Shown: positions 18,409 to 28,450 of the stretch, piece by piece | Layout of the letters: each line of letters begins with the position of its first letter | How positions within the stretch are numbered: position 1 is the first letter of the stretch | Assembly (NCBI GenBank): GCA_944392135.1 | Contig: CALXVQ010000001.1 | Coordinates: 100,931-164,930 of the forward strand | Length of the DNA: 64,000 nucleotides | Source: an uncultured Rickettsiales bacterium | GTDB lineage: Bacteria > Pseudomonadota > Alphaproteobacteria > Rickettsiales > UBA1997 | Reading direction: 5' to 3' | Notes under the pieces: model-generated | The model's database searches: none | Told to the model about the DNA's origin: nothing | Seen by the model: only the letters and a program-made list of their open reading frames with translations | Program-made: the position numbers and the translations under genes

Positions 18409-19674
18409 ATGTTAATTAATAAAATAGAAAAAATAAATAATGTAAAACTTAAAATTCCTGGCTCAAAAAGTTATACAAATAGAGCTTTAATTATTGCAAG
18501 TTTGACAGATGGAAAAACTGTTTTACATAACCAACTTTATAGTGATGATACAAAATATATGATAGAATCATTAAAAAAATTAGGTATCAAAATTGAAGAA
18601 AATGAAAAAAGTTTAGTGGTTTATGGTAAAGGTGGCGAGTTTGATGTACGGGATGGCACAGAATTATTCTGTGGACTTGCTGGAACTACAAGTAGATTCT
18701 TAACTGGACTTTTGGCATTAATGGATAAAGATGTTATAATTAATGGTGAAGGTAAAATTTTAGAAAGGCCAATTGGTGAATTGGTTGATGGTTTAAGACA
18801 AATCGGTGTTGAAATTGAATATCTTGGTAAGGAAGGTTCTTTGCCATTAAAAGGAAATGGTAAAAATGTCAATGGTAATGAAATTAGTATTAGTGGCAAA
18901 ATTTCAAGTCAATATTTTACTGCATTAATGATGGTTGCACCACTTTTAAAAGATGGTTTAACAATAAATGTTTTGGATAAACAAGTATCAAAATCATATA
19001 TAGATATGACTGCTGATATTATGAAAACTTTTGGTGTTGAAGTTATAAATAATGACTATAAACAATATATAATTAAACATGCAAAATATAAAGCTATTGA
19101 ATATAATATAGAAAGCGATTGGTCGTCAGCTTCTTATTTTATTTGTATGGGTTGTTTGCATGATGGAAGTTTAGAAATTTTGAATGTAAATAATAATTCC
19201 GTACAAGGTGATAAAGATTTTGTTAAGTTAATAGAAAAAGCTGGTGGTATTATAGAATATAAAGATAATAGTATTATTGTTAAAAAAGGTGAATTAAAAC
19301 CTATTGAAGTTAATATGGAAAGGATGCCAGATACAGCAATGTCATTAGCTGTTTTATTGTCATTTGCTAATGGTTATAGTAAAATTACAGGTTTATCTAC
19401 ATTAAAAAATAAAGAAACTGATAGGCTTACAGCATTACATAACGAATTAAAAAAACTTTCAGTAGATACAGAAATTGGTGAAGATTATATTATTATTCAT
19501 GGTAATAATAATCATAAAATTTTAGGTCCTATTGAAACATATAACGATCATAGAATGGCTATGTCGTTTGCAATTGCTGGTACAAAATTAGGTAATTTAG
19601 AAATTTTAAAGCCAGAAGTTGTAAATAAATCATTTCCAGAATTTTGGCAATATTTAAGTAAATTGGAGAAATAA
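18409..19674 (+). CDS. aroA: 3-phosphoshikimate 1-carboxyvinyltransferase (EPSP synthase)
   Basis: IPGSKSYTNRALI, LGLAGTTSRF, KETDRL and NDHRMAMSFA motifs. Confidence 0.95.
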   Translation: MLINKIEKINNVKLKIPGSKSYTNRALIIASLTDGKTVLHNQLYSDDTKYMIESLKKLGIKIEENEKSLVVYGKGGEFDVRDGTELFCGLAGTTSRFLTGLLALMDKDVIINGEGKILERPIGELVDGLRQIGVEIEYLGKEGSLPLKGNGKNVNGNEISISGKISSQYFTALMMVAPLLKDGLTINVLDKQVSKSYIDMTADIMKTFGVEVINNDYKQYIIKHAKYKAIEYNIESDWSSASYFICMGCLHDGSLEILNVNNNSVQGDKDFVKLIEKAGGIIEYKDNSIIVKKGELKPIEVNMERMPDTAMSLAVLLSFANGYSKITGLSTLKNKETDRLTALHNELKKLSVDTEIGEDYIIIHGNNNHKILGPIETYNDHRMAMSFAIAGTKLGNLEILKPEVVNKSFPEFWQYLSKLEK

Positions 19675-20258
19675 TGAATTATAATAGAATTATAGTTATC
19701 GGTTTTAGATGTGTTGGTAAGTCAATAATTTCAGCAAAACTTGCAAAGTTGTTAGATTTTGAGTGTCTAAATATGGATACTATAATAGAAAAACAGGAAG
19801 GAAAAAGTATTGCTAAAATCACAAATGATGGCAAAAATTGGAGGGAGTTTAGAGAAATTGAAACTCTAAAATTAAAAGAATTGTTAAGTTTTAATAATGT
19901 TGTCATATCTGCAGGTGGTGGAGTTGGGGTTAATAATATTAAATATAATGATATGTTAACTTATGGGGAAATTCAAAAGAAAATGATACAAGATTCTACT
20001 GACACTCTTAAAATATTACTATATTCTGATGAAGATGTTATTAGAAAAAGAATTAAAAATTGTAAAAATATTAAGCCTGATTTAGAAGAGAAAACTTTTA
20101 ATAAAAAAGAATATATTGAAGAAAATATTAGAATAATGAAAGAAAGGGAAAATGACTATAAAGATATGGCTGATATAATGTTTAATACAAGTAGTAAAGA
20201 TGTGGATAAAAATGTTGGTGAAATAATGAAATTAATTAATCAAAAAATTAATAAATAA
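19674..20258 (+). CDS. aroK: Shikimate kinase (divergent)
   Basis: Walker A GFRCVGKS fits GxxxxGKS. Length and operon position between aroA and aroC fit, and the start overlaps the aroA stop. Confidence 0.65.
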   Translation: MNYNRIIVIGFRCVGKSIISAKLAKLLDFECLNMDTIIEKQEGKSIAKITNDGKNWREFREIETLKLKELLSFNNVVISAGGGVGVNNIKYNDMLTYGEIQKKMIQDSTDTLKILLYSDEDVIRKRIKNCKNIKPDLEEKTFNKKEYIEENIRIMKERENDYKDMADIMFNTSSKDVDKNVGEIMKLINQKINK

Positions 20259-20270
20259 ATATAGGAGTAT

Positions 20271-21356
20271 ATGACAGGAAATACTTTTGGAAAAATGTTT
20301 AAAGTTACAACTTTTGGTGAATCACATGGTACTGCAATAGGTTGTATCGTTGATGGTTGTCCTGCTAATGTTGAATTAACAGAAGAAGATATTCAAAAAG
20401 AATTAGATAAAAGAAAACCAGGACAAAGTAGTATTACAACTCAAAGAAAAGAAGAAGATTTGGTACAAATATTATCAGGTGTTTTTGAAGGCAAAACAAC
20501 AGGAACTCCTATTGCTATGCTTATTATGAATAAAGATCATAAATCAAGTGATTATTCAAATATCAAAGATATTTTTAGACCTTCACATGGTGATTGGACT
20601 TATTTTCAAAAATATGGTATTAGAGATTATAGAGGTGGTGGTAGATCTTCTGCCAGAGAAACAGCTTGTCGTGTAGCTGGTGGAGCTGTTGCTAAAAAAT
20701 TCTTAACACAAAAAGGTATTAGCATGTTAGCATTTGTAGAACAAATAGCTGATATTAAAGCTGATTTAAATTCATTAGATGAAATTACAGAAAGTATGGT
20801 TGAATCTAATATTGTTAGATGTCCAGATCAAGCACAGGCTGAAAAAATGATTCAATTAATACAAAATGCAAAAGAAGATGGTGATTCTGTTGCTGGTATT
20901 ATTAAATGTATAATTAAAGGTTGTCCTATTGGTTTAGGTGAGCCTGTATTTGATAAACTTTCTGCTGATTTAGCAAAAGCTATGTTAAGTATTAATGCTT
21001 GTAAAGGTTTTGAATATGGTGAAGGTTTTAACTGTGTAAATTTCAAAGGTTCAACTCATAATGATGCTTTTGTTAGTGAAAATAATAAAGTAAGAACAAA
21101 AACTAATCATTCTGGTGGTATTCAAGCTGGTATTTCAAATGGTGAAGATATTGTATTTAGAACAGTATTTAAACCAACAGCAACAATATTTAAAGAACAA
21201 GATACTGTAAATATTCAAGGAGAAAATGTTAAATTTCAACCAAAAGGCAGACATGATCCTTGTATTGCACCAAGAGCTGTGCCAGTAGTTGAAGCTATGG
21301 CTTGGTTAACACTTATGGATGCTTATTTAATCCATAAAGGAAAAGATAATAAATAA
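20271..21356 (+). CDS. aroC: Chorismate synthase
   Basis: [30 protein letters not shown] and GRHDPC motifs. Confidence 0.95.
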   Translation: MTGNTFGKMFKVTTFGESHGTAIGCIVDGCPANVELTEEDIQKELDKRKPGQSSITTQRKEEDLVQILSGVFEGKTTGTPIAMLIMNKDHKSSDYSNIKDIFRPSHGDWTYFQKYGIRDYRGGGRSSARETACRVAGGAVAKKFLTQKGISMLAFVEQIADIKADLNSLDEITESMVESNIVRCPDQAQAEKMIQLIQNAKEDGDSVAGIIKCIIKGCPIGLGEPVFDKLSADLAKAMLSINACKGFEYGEGFNCVNFKGSTHNDAFVSENNKVRTKTNHSGGIQAGISNGEDIVFRTVFKPTATIFKEQDTVNIQGENVKFQPKGRHDPCIAPRAVPVVEAMAWLTLMDAYLIHKGKDNK

Positions 21357-21380
21357 TAATATTAATAAGGTGGGTATAAT

Positions 21381-22439
21381 ATGCCAGAAGAAAAAATTCT
21401 AAATTTAATTCGTCCAGAATATTTGAAATTAGAAAAATATTCTGAACCAAGAAGTGGAAAAAATGTTATATCTTTATCATCAAATGAAAACCCTTATAGT
21501 TTTAGAGATGATAAAGAATTTAATAGATACCCAACAGTAGAAAATATTGAGTTAAAAGAAAAATTAGCTAATCTTTATAATGTATCACTTAATAATATTG
21601 CATATGGTAAAGGTTCTACTGAACTTATACAAATGCTAATAAAATTATTTTGTATTCCTTATAAAGATAGTGTTATATTATGCCCACCAACTTATATGTT
21701 ATATTCACATGCTATTAATATAGAATGTGCTAATTGTATAAATATTCCATTAGTAAATGATTATCAATTGGATGTTGACAAAATTATAGAAAATGGTAAA
21801 AAATCAAATGTAAAATTAATTTTTATTCCTAACCCCAATGCTCCATTGGGTACAATTATGAATAAAAATGATATTTTAAAAATTGCCAATGCTTTAAAAG
21901 ATGATTGTTATATTGTAATTGATGAAGCTTATATTGAATGGACTAATGAAGAAAGTTTTGTAAATTATGTGAAAGATTATTCCAATATTGGTGTTTTAAG
22001 AACTTTATCTAAATATTATGGATTAGCCAATTTAAGAATTGGTGTTTTTATTGGAAATGAAAAAATAAAAGATAATTTAGAAAAAATATTGTTGCCTTTT
22101 GCTATACCAACAATGATTATGGATATAGCAGTAGATGCTTTAAAAGAAAAATATTTTAATTTTTATAAAAAAAACAAAGAAACTATTTTGTCATGGAGAA
22201 ATAAAATAATTGAAGAATTAAAGAAATTGGATTATATAGATAAAGTTTTCCAATCGCATACTAATTTTATTTTAGCAACTTCTCCATATAGTGAAGAAAT
22301 TATTGATTATTTAGATAAAAATAATATTGTAATTCTTTCACAATCTACACAAGTTCCCAATTCTTTAAGAATTTCTATTGGTACTCCACAAGAAAATGAA
22401 AAAATACTTAAATTATTAAAAGAGTGGAAAAAGAAGTAA
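21381..22439 (+). CDS. hisC: Class-II aminotransferase (histidinol-phosphate/aromatic aminotransferase family)
   Basis: NENPY, IPNPNAPLG, IDEAY and the PLP lysine context LSKYYGLANLRIG. Confidence 0.8.
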   Translation: MPEEKILNLIRPEYLKLEKYSEPRSGKNVISLSSNENPYSFRDDKEFNRYPTVENIELKEKLANLYNVSLNNIAYGKGSTELIQMLIKLFCIPYKDSVILCPPTYMLYSHAINIECANCINIPLVNDYQLDVDKIIENGKKSNVKLIFIPNPNAPLGTIMNKNDILKIANALKDDCYIVIDEAYIEWTNEESFVNYVKDYSNIGVLRTLSKYYGLANLRIGVFIGNEKIKDNLEKILLPFAIPTMIMDIAVDALKEKYFNFYKKNKETILSWRNKIIEELKKLDYIDKVFQSHTNFILATSPYSEEIIDYLDKNNIVILSQSTQVPNSLRISIGTPQENEKILKLLKEWKKK

Positions 22440-22442
22440 ATA

Positions 22443-22655
22443 ACGAACCTTCGGTTCTCGCGATGACAATTGGGGTTGAGTACTCTGGTGTCCCATATCG
22501 AGATTGCCACGAGTTGCAAAAGCAACTCTCGCAATGACAAGCCTAGAATAACTGATATTGTTACGAACCTTTGGTTATCGCAATGATTGTTCCATAATTG
22601 CAATGACAGTTCTTTTTTGTCATTGTGAGTAAAGCGAAGCAATCCACAAACCGCT
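22443..22655. repeat. Cluster of hairpin repeat units, composite element 2
   Basis: Same family as 15344-15846: acgaaccttcggttctcgcgatgac (22443-22467), gagattgccacgagttgcaaaagcaactctcgcaatgac (22499-22537), and the terminal gcaatgacagt...gtcattgtgagtaaagcgaagcaatccacaaaccgct (22598-22655). It starts 4 nt after the hisC stop. Confidence 0.85.
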
Positions 22656-22794
22656 AATAGTAAATAAAAACAGAAAAATATAAAAATTTACTATTTGCAA
22701 ATAAATAAAGGTAAACAAAAAAATTTACTACCAATAGTAGACATAAAATAAAAAATATAAGAATTAATTAAATAGAAGAAAATAAAAATAAATT

Positions 22795-22830
22795 AAAAAA
22801 GCATATCATAAGATATGCTTTAAATTTTTA
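22795..22830. terminator. Putative bidirectional terminator downstream of efp
   Basis: Stem gcatatc (22801-22807) pairs with gatatgc (22812-22818). An A6 run lies upstream and a T-rich run downstream. Confidence 0.5.
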
Positions 22831-22847
22831 TTTTAAATTATTTAAAA

Positions 22848-23405
22848 TTATTTAGCTCTTTCAACATATGTTGCATCTTCTGTTCTAACAACAATTTTGT
22901 CGTCGCTTGTTATGAATGGTGGAACCATAACTCTAACACCATTTTCTAAAATTGCTGGTTTGTAAGAAGCAGTAGCTGTTTGACCTTTTACTGTTGCTTC
23001 TGTTGATTGAATTTTCATAACAACTTTTTCTGGAAGTCTAATTCTAATAGCTTCACCATCGCAATATTCAACAACAACATCCATACCATCTTGTAAAAAT
23101 GGTAAAGCTTCACCAACTAAATCTTTGCTTAATGAAATTTGTTCGTATGTATCCATATCCATTAAAGCTAAATTGTCGCCATCCATATATTGATATTGGT
23201 ATGGTTTATCTTCCATATTTGCTTTTTCAACATCATCTGTTGTATTAAATCTATTCATTAATTTATTGCCAGATTTAATATCTTTCATTTCAACTTGTAA
23301 GAAAGCACCACCTTTTCCTGGTTTTACATGCTCTCTTTTTGTTACAATACAATATTTTCCGTTATATATAATAACATTTCCTACACTAATTGAGTTTACA
23401 TTCAT
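22848..23405 (-). CDS. efp: Elongation factor P
   Basis: 185 aa with the KPGKGGAF loop and overall EF-P collinearity. Confidence 0.95.
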   Translation of the reverse strand: MNVNSISVGNVIIYNGKYCIVTKREHVKPGKGGAFLQVEMKDIKSGNKLMNRFNTTDDVEKANMEDKPYQYQYMDGDNLALMDMDTYEQISLSKDLVGEALPFLQDGMDVVVEYCDGEAIRIRLPEKVVMKIQSTEATVKGQTATASYKPAILENGVRVMVPPFITSDDKIVVRTEDATYVERAK

Positions 23406-23547
23406 ATAATTTAATAATATTTTAAACTTGTTTATAGAATAAGTTTAGAAAATAAAAAAATCAATATAAATATAAAAATTTTTATAAGTCTTGATATTTT
23501 ATTTTTTATTTTTTATAATTTATATATGAATTTATAAAGGGTTTAAA

Positions 23548-23709
23548 GTGTTAAAATATATATTAATTTTGCTAACTTTTTTGACTTTGCAATCTTGTAC
23601 TACTGGACGAGTAATTGAAGTTAAAAGTCCTTGTGTTTCTGGTGAAGATGGACCTTGTGGCCCTAGAAGATACATAAATACTTGGCTGAATCAAAGTCAA
23701 TTAAGTTAA
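23548..23709 (+). CDS. Small Cys-containing lipoprotein (53 aa, GTG start), absent from the ORF track
   Basis: VLKYILILLTFLTLQSC carries a lipobox. The mature part is TTGRVIEVKSPCVSGEDGPCGPRRYINTWLNQSQLS. A Shine-Dalgarno-like aaggg lies 6 nt upstream of the GTG. Confidence 0.45.
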   Translation: MLKYILILLTFLTLQSCTTGRVIEVKSPCVSGEDGPCGPRRYINTWLNQSQLS

Positions 23710-23732
23710 TTAAACAATAAAATAATAAAAAA

Positions 23733-25154
23733 ATGAAAAAATTACTTATAATTAATGCATTACTTATAGTTGTGCTTGTATGTGTGTGTTTATTTAATAA
23801 TACAATTAATGCATATATATTTAGACGAGATGAAATAGATTTATTTGCTGATAATTCAATTGAATTGATAGCAAAAGCTGAAGATAAAATACAACAAAAA
23901 ACTTCATCAACTACAAATGTTAGTGATTATGGAGCTTTATATAATGATGTTGTAAAAATGATTCAAACAGCATATGTAGAAGATATTGAAGAAGATAAGT
24001 TTTTTGAAGCTTCTTTGAATGGTATGCTTACATCATTGGATCCACATTCGGCTTATTTTTCAGCAGAAGAATACGAACAATTAGTAAATGATACACAAGG
24101 TGAATTTAGCGGTTTGGGAATTGAAGTAACTATTGAAAATTCATTTGTTAAAGTGGTTACACCAATAGACGATGGTCCTGCTTATAAGGCTGGTATTAAG
24201 GCAGGTGATTATATTAGTGAGATAGATGGTAAACCCGTAATGAATATGACTTTAAATGAAGCTGTCAAGATGATGAGAGGAAAAAACAAAAAGGATAAGG
24301 GAACTGTTAAACTCACTATTTTGAGAACAGGTGAAAAAGAACCATTAGAATTTAAAATTAAAAGAGATGTTATTAAAACAGATTCTGTAAAATCAAGAGC
24401 AGAAGGTGATATTATTTATTTAAGAATAGCTAATTTTACCGAACAAACATATGCAAATATGATTAAAGAATTTAACAAAGTTGAAAATGAAATCGGTAAA
24501 GAAAATGTTAAAGGCTTAGTGCTTGATTTAAGAAATAATCCTGGTGGGCTTTTAGATTCTTCTGTATTTGTTTCTGATGCATTTTTAGATAAAGGACAAA
24601 AAATTGTTAGTATAAAAGGAAAAAATGGTATCTTAATGAAAGAATATAAGGCTATGAATGATCAAGATTTAATACCTGGTTTGCCTATGGTTGTTTTAAT
24701 TAATGAAGGTTCTGCTTCTGCATCTGAAATTGTTGCTGGTGCATTGCAAGATAATGGTAGAGCTATAATTCTTGGTACACAATCTTTTGGTAAAGGTTCT
24801 GTTCAATCTGTTATACCACTTACAAATGGTGGTGGTATTAAACTAACAATTGCAAAATATTATACTCCTAATGATATTTCTATACAAGCAGAAGGTATTA
24901 AACCTGATATAGAAGTTGGTTTAGCAAAATTAGAAACAATTGATACAAGTAAATGGACTACAAAAGAAAATGATTTAAAAGGACATTTAGAGAATGAAAA
25001 TAAAAATACAGAAGATATTGTACATAAAGAAATTAAAAAACAATTAAAAACAAATAATGAATCTATGTATAATAAAGATTATCAACTAGCAAGAGCTATT
25101 GATCTATTACTTGGTATTAATTTTTATAGTCAGAATAATAAAATAGCAAAATAA
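23733..25154 (+). CDS. ctp: Carboxy-terminal processing protease (S41 family)
   Basis: PDZ segment GLGIEV...PIDDGPAYKAGIKAGD, plus LDLRNNPGGLL, GSASASEI and FGKGSVQ. Confidence 0.9.
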   Translation: MKKLLIINALLIVVLVCVCLFNNTINAYIFRRDEIDLFADNSIELIAKAEDKIQQKTSSTTNVSDYGALYNDVVKMIQTAYVEDIEEDKFFEASLNGMLTSLDPHSAYFSAEEYEQLVNDTQGEFSGLGIEVTIENSFVKVVTPIDDGPAYKAGIKAGDYISEIDGKPVMNMTLNEAVKMMRGKNKKDKGTVKLTILRTGEKEPLEFKIKRDVIKTDSVKSRAEGDIIYLRIANFTEQTYANMIKEFNKVENEIGKENVKGLVLDLRNNPGGLLDSSVFVSDAFLDKGQKIVSIKGKNGILMKEYKAMNDQDLIPGLPMVVLINEGSASASEIVAGALQDNGRAIILGTQSFGKGSVQSVIPLTNGGGIKLTIAKYYTPNDISIQAEGIKPDIEVGLAKLETIDTSKWTTKENDLKGHLENENKNTEDIVHKEIKKQLKTNNESMYNKDYQLARAIDLLLGINFYSQNNKIAK

Positions 25155-25157
25155 TTT

Positions 25158-26054
25158 ATGAAAAGTGTAATTATTTTTATCATTTCTTTATTTATAACAC
25201 AATTTTCATTTGCTAGTGATTTTAAAGTTGTTGCAAAAGTTAATGATAAAATAATTACACAATATGATTTAGATAATTATACCAATATTCTCAACACATA
25301 TTTTAAGACTTCTCAAAATATGAATTACAGTAATTTACAAAATGAAGTTTTAAATCAAATGATTGATGATACATTAAAACAAGAAGCTGTTGAAAAAGAG
25401 AAAATTATATTAGACACAGATGAATTTAATTATTTTTTAAAAAATTTTGAAGAAAAAAATAACATAAAAGATCATAGTTATAATAAAGAATTATATTTAA
25501 ACGTAGTAAAAACTAATTTTTTATGGTTTAAATTATTAGATCAAAAAATCAAACCATCAATAAATGTTAGTGATTCGGAAGTTAATGATTCATTAGAATA
25601 TTTAGCTGAAAATCCTATAAGAACTAGATATAATATTTCACAAATAGTTATTTATGGTAGACAAAATAGTGATGCTAGTAATATTGTTAATAAATTGTAT
25701 AATGAAATAAAATCAAATAATAATTTTGAAAAATTAGCTGAAAAATTTTCGCAAGATGAAAATAGTAAAAAGAATGCTGGTTATGTTGGTTGGGTTGATG
25801 AAATGGAAATTAATGAAAAAATATATACTGCTATAAAAAATTTAAAGGTTGGTGGTACAACAAAACCTATATATTTTGATAATGGAAATTTTTATCTTCT
25901 TATAAAATTAAATGATAAAAAGGAAGAAAAAGTTGTAAAACAAGATGATATTGTTAGAGCAAAATATTATATATATGGACAAAAACTAAATTTAGCTATT
26001 AAAAATTATTTAGATAGTCTTTACAATAATGCCTTTATAGAAACTTATATATAA
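25158..26054 (+). CDS. SurA-like periplasmic chaperone / parvulin-type PPIase
   Basis: Signal peptide, SurA-like N-domain, and a PpiC domain (FEKLAEKFSQDENSKKNAGYVGWV). Confidence 0.7.
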   Translation: MKSVIIFIISLFITQFSFASDFKVVAKVNDKIITQYDLDNYTNILNTYFKTSQNMNYSNLQNEVLNQMIDDTLKQEAVEKEKIILDTDEFNYFLKNFEEKNNIKDHSYNKELYLNVVKTNFLWFKLLDQKIKPSINVSDSEVNDSLEYLAENPIRTRYNISQIVIYGRQNSDASNIVNKLYNEIKSNNNFEKLAEKFSQDENSKKNAGYVGWVDEMEINEKIYTAIKNLKVGGTTKPIYFDNGNFYLLIKLNDKKEEKVVKQDDIVRAKYYIYGQKLNLAIKNYLDSLYNNAFIETYI

Positions 26055-26061
26055 ATTTCAC

Positions 26062-26090
26062 TTGACAAAAAAGTACTTTTTTGTAATCTA
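26062..26090 (+). promoter_or_regulatory. Possible sigma70-type promoter for cysS
   Basis: TTGACA (26062-26067), a 16-nt spacer, then TAATCT (26084-26089), about 30 nt upstream of the cysS ATG. AT-rich background makes this weak. Confidence 0.25.
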
Positions 26091-26119
26091 CTCAATAGCT
26101 TATTTATAATAAATGCAAT

Positions 26120-27541
26120 ATGAAAGATATTTTTTTAAATAATACACTAACAAGAAAAATTGACAAATTAATACCTGTAAAAAGTGATGAGATTACAATG
26201 TATTGCTGTGGGCCTACTGTTTATAATTATGCACATATTGGAAATCTTAGAACTTATATTTTTGAAGACATTTTAAATAAAACCTTGAAACTTGCTGGTT
26301 ATAATGTAAAACATGAAATGAATATTACTGATGTAGGACATCTTACTAGTGATGCTGATGAGGGTGAAGATAAAATGCTGCTTGCTGCTGAAAAAGAAAA
26401 ACAAAGTGTTTTTGATATTGCAAAAAAATATGAAAATAAGTTTTTTGAAGATACAAAAGAATTAAATTTAAGTCAACCAAATATTATTGCAAGAGCATCG
26501 GAGCATATTGATGACATGATTAAATTTGTATCAAAATTAGAAGAATTAGGTTATGCTTATAAAGCTAAAAATGGGAATATATATTTTGATACAGAAAAAT
26601 TTAAGGATTATGGTAAATTATCGGGGCAAGATAGAAAAGATTTAAAACATGGGGCTAGGGTAGATAAAGATGAAAATAAAAAAAATCCTTCTGATTTTGT
26701 TTTGTGGTTTGTATCTTCTAAGTTTAAAAATCAAATATTACAATGGGACTCTCCTTGGGGTGTTGGTTATCCTGGTTGGCATATTGAATGTTCTGCTATG
26801 GCTATGAAATATTTAGGTGAAAATATTGATATTCATTGTGGTGGTATTGATCATATTACAGTACATCATGAAAATGAGAAAGCACAGAGTGAAGCATATT
26901 TAGGGCATAAATGGGTAAATAATTGGGTACACTCTGAATTTTTGCAAATAAAAGATGGTAAAATGTCAAAATCTTCTGGCAATTTTATTACACTTGATAC
27001 ATTAAAAGAAAAGGGTTATAAACCATTACATTATAAATATTTTACTTTAACAGCACACTATAAAACACCGTTAATTTTTTCTTATGAAAATTTAGATTCT
27101 GCAAAAAATGCTTATGAAAATTTATTAGTAAAAATTAAGAATTGGAAAGAAAATATTGAAGATAATATAGAAAATGAAGAAGAGCATAAAAAACAATTAG
27201 AAGAATATAAAAATAAATTTGATAATTTTTTATTTGATGATTTGAAGACCCCGCAAGCTTTATCTATAATATGGGAAGTATCAAAATCTAATTTGCCTAA
27301 TAAATATAAATTAGATTTTATAAATCACACAGAAAAGGTTTTTAATTTATCATTAAATAATGAAGAAAATTTTATAAAAGCAGAAATTCCACAAGAAATT
27401 ATAGAAATTGCAGAAAATAGAAAAATTGCTAAACAAAATAAAGATTGGGCTTCTGCTGATAATTTTAGAGATAAAATTTTAGAACTTGGTTATATTATAA
27501 AAGATAAACCAAATAATGAATATGAATTAATAAAAAAGTAA
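26120..27541 (+). CDS. cysS: Cysteinyl-tRNA synthetase
   Basis: The HIGN signature (AHIGNLRTY) and the KMSKS motif, with class-I collinearity. Confidence 0.95.
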   Translation: MKDIFLNNTLTRKIDKLIPVKSDEITMYCCGPTVYNYAHIGNLRTYIFEDILNKTLKLAGYNVKHEMNITDVGHLTSDADEGEDKMLLAAEKEKQSVFDIAKKYENKFFEDTKELNLSQPNIIARASEHIDDMIKFVSKLEELGYAYKAKNGNIYFDTEKFKDYGKLSGQDRKDLKHGARVDKDENKKNPSDFVLWFVSSKFKNQILQWDSPWGVGYPGWHIECSAMAMKYLGENIDIHCGGIDHITVHHENEKAQSEAYLGHKWVNNWVHSEFLQIKDGKMSKSSGNFITLDTLKEKGYKPLHYKYFTLTAHYKTPLIFSYENLDSAKNAYENLLVKIKNWKENIEDNIENEEEHKKQLEEYKNKFDNFLFDDLKTPQALSIIWEVSKSNLPNKYKLDFINHTEKVFNLSLNNEENFIKAEIPQEIIEIAENRKIAKQNKDWASADNFRDKILELGYIIKDKPNNEYELIKK

Positions 27542-27963
27542 TGATTATGGAAAATTTTACATATAATGTTAGAGTTTATTATGATAGTACAGATGCTGGT
27601 GGTGTCGTATATCATTCAAAATATTTAGATTTTTGCGAAAGAGCAAGAACAGAATTTTTAAGAAGTAAAAATATTATTCAATCAAAATTATTTGAAGAAG
27701 CTGGTATTGGTTTTGTTGTAAAAAATGCTAGTTTAGAATTTAAAAAATCTGCCAAATTAGATGATTTATTAAAAATAGAAACAAAAGTTTTAGAAAATTC
27801 TGGTGTTATTATAAAAATGCTCCAAGAAATTTATTTAATTTCTAGGGAAGGGCAAGAAGTAGAAGACGAATTATTATTTCAAATGAATGTAAATTTAGTT
27901 TGTATAAATAAAAATTTTAGACCAACTAGAATTCCAAAAGATATTTGTGAGAAGATTAAATAA
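27541..27963 (+). CDS. ybgC: YbgC/4HBT-family acyl-CoA thioesterase
   Basis: VRVYYDSTDAGGVVYHSKYLDFCERARTEFL is the typical hot-dog N-terminus with the catalytic Asp. Confidence 0.75.
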   Translation: MIMENFTYNVRVYYDSTDAGGVVYHSKYLDFCERARTEFLRSKNIIQSKLFEEAGIGFVVKNASLEFKKSAKLDDLLKIETKVLENSGVIIKMLQEIYLISREGQEVEDELLFQMNVNLVCINKNFRPTRIPKDICEKIK

Positions 27964-27969
27964 TATTAC

Positions 27970-28386
27970 TTAATCTTCTATAATATCATCTTTAAAATCT
28001 TCTATATTTTTATTATTAATATATAGATTGCAAGAGTAGTAGCCAGTAAATGTGCAATCTTTTAGATCTATTGTTTTTGTGTCTTTTAAAATATTTATAA
28101 GCCTATCTCTTTCTTGCAAAGCATTAGTCTTTGTAGTAATATTTTTTGATCTTATATTTTTTAGTTTTAAGTTTGATATTTTTGTGTTTATTATGCCATG
28201 ATTGTTTTTAAAAATAAATAAATCTTTTCGACGATTATATTTTACAAACTCCACATTATCATATGAACTTGTTTTTGTTTTGTAGCATTGATTATTGTTA
28301 TCACAAACTTCAACACTTTTTGCATAAGAAAATTGCATATATAATGAAAATAAAAAAATAAATGATATAATATATCTCATTATCAA
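27970..28386 (-). CDS. Hypothetical secreted protein
   Basis: 138 aa with a signal peptide (…QFSYA-KS) and several Cys. No family recognised. Confidence 0.4.
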   Translation of the reverse strand: MIMRYIISFIFLFSLYMQFSYAKSVEVCDNNNQCYKTKTSSYDNVEFVKYNRRKDLFIFKNNHGIINTKISNLKLKNIRSKNITTKTNALQERDRLINILKDTKTIDLKDCTFTGYYSCNLYINNKNIEDFKDDIIED

Positions 28387-28450
28387 TTACTTATTTTTGT
28401 TTAAATATATATTATCATATGATAATAATTTTTATTTTCAATAAATATTA

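Noticed and set aside
19674-20258. Apparent degenerate P-loop in the shikimate kinase (GFRCVGKS)
   Set aside because: It still fits the Walker A consensus GxxxxGK[ST], so there is no evidence of inactivation.
22307-22642. 111-aa minus-strand ORF overlapping the 3' end of hisC
   Set aside because: Most of it is the translated second repeat block and the rest is antisense to a well-supported hisC. It is the same artefact as at 15339-15833.
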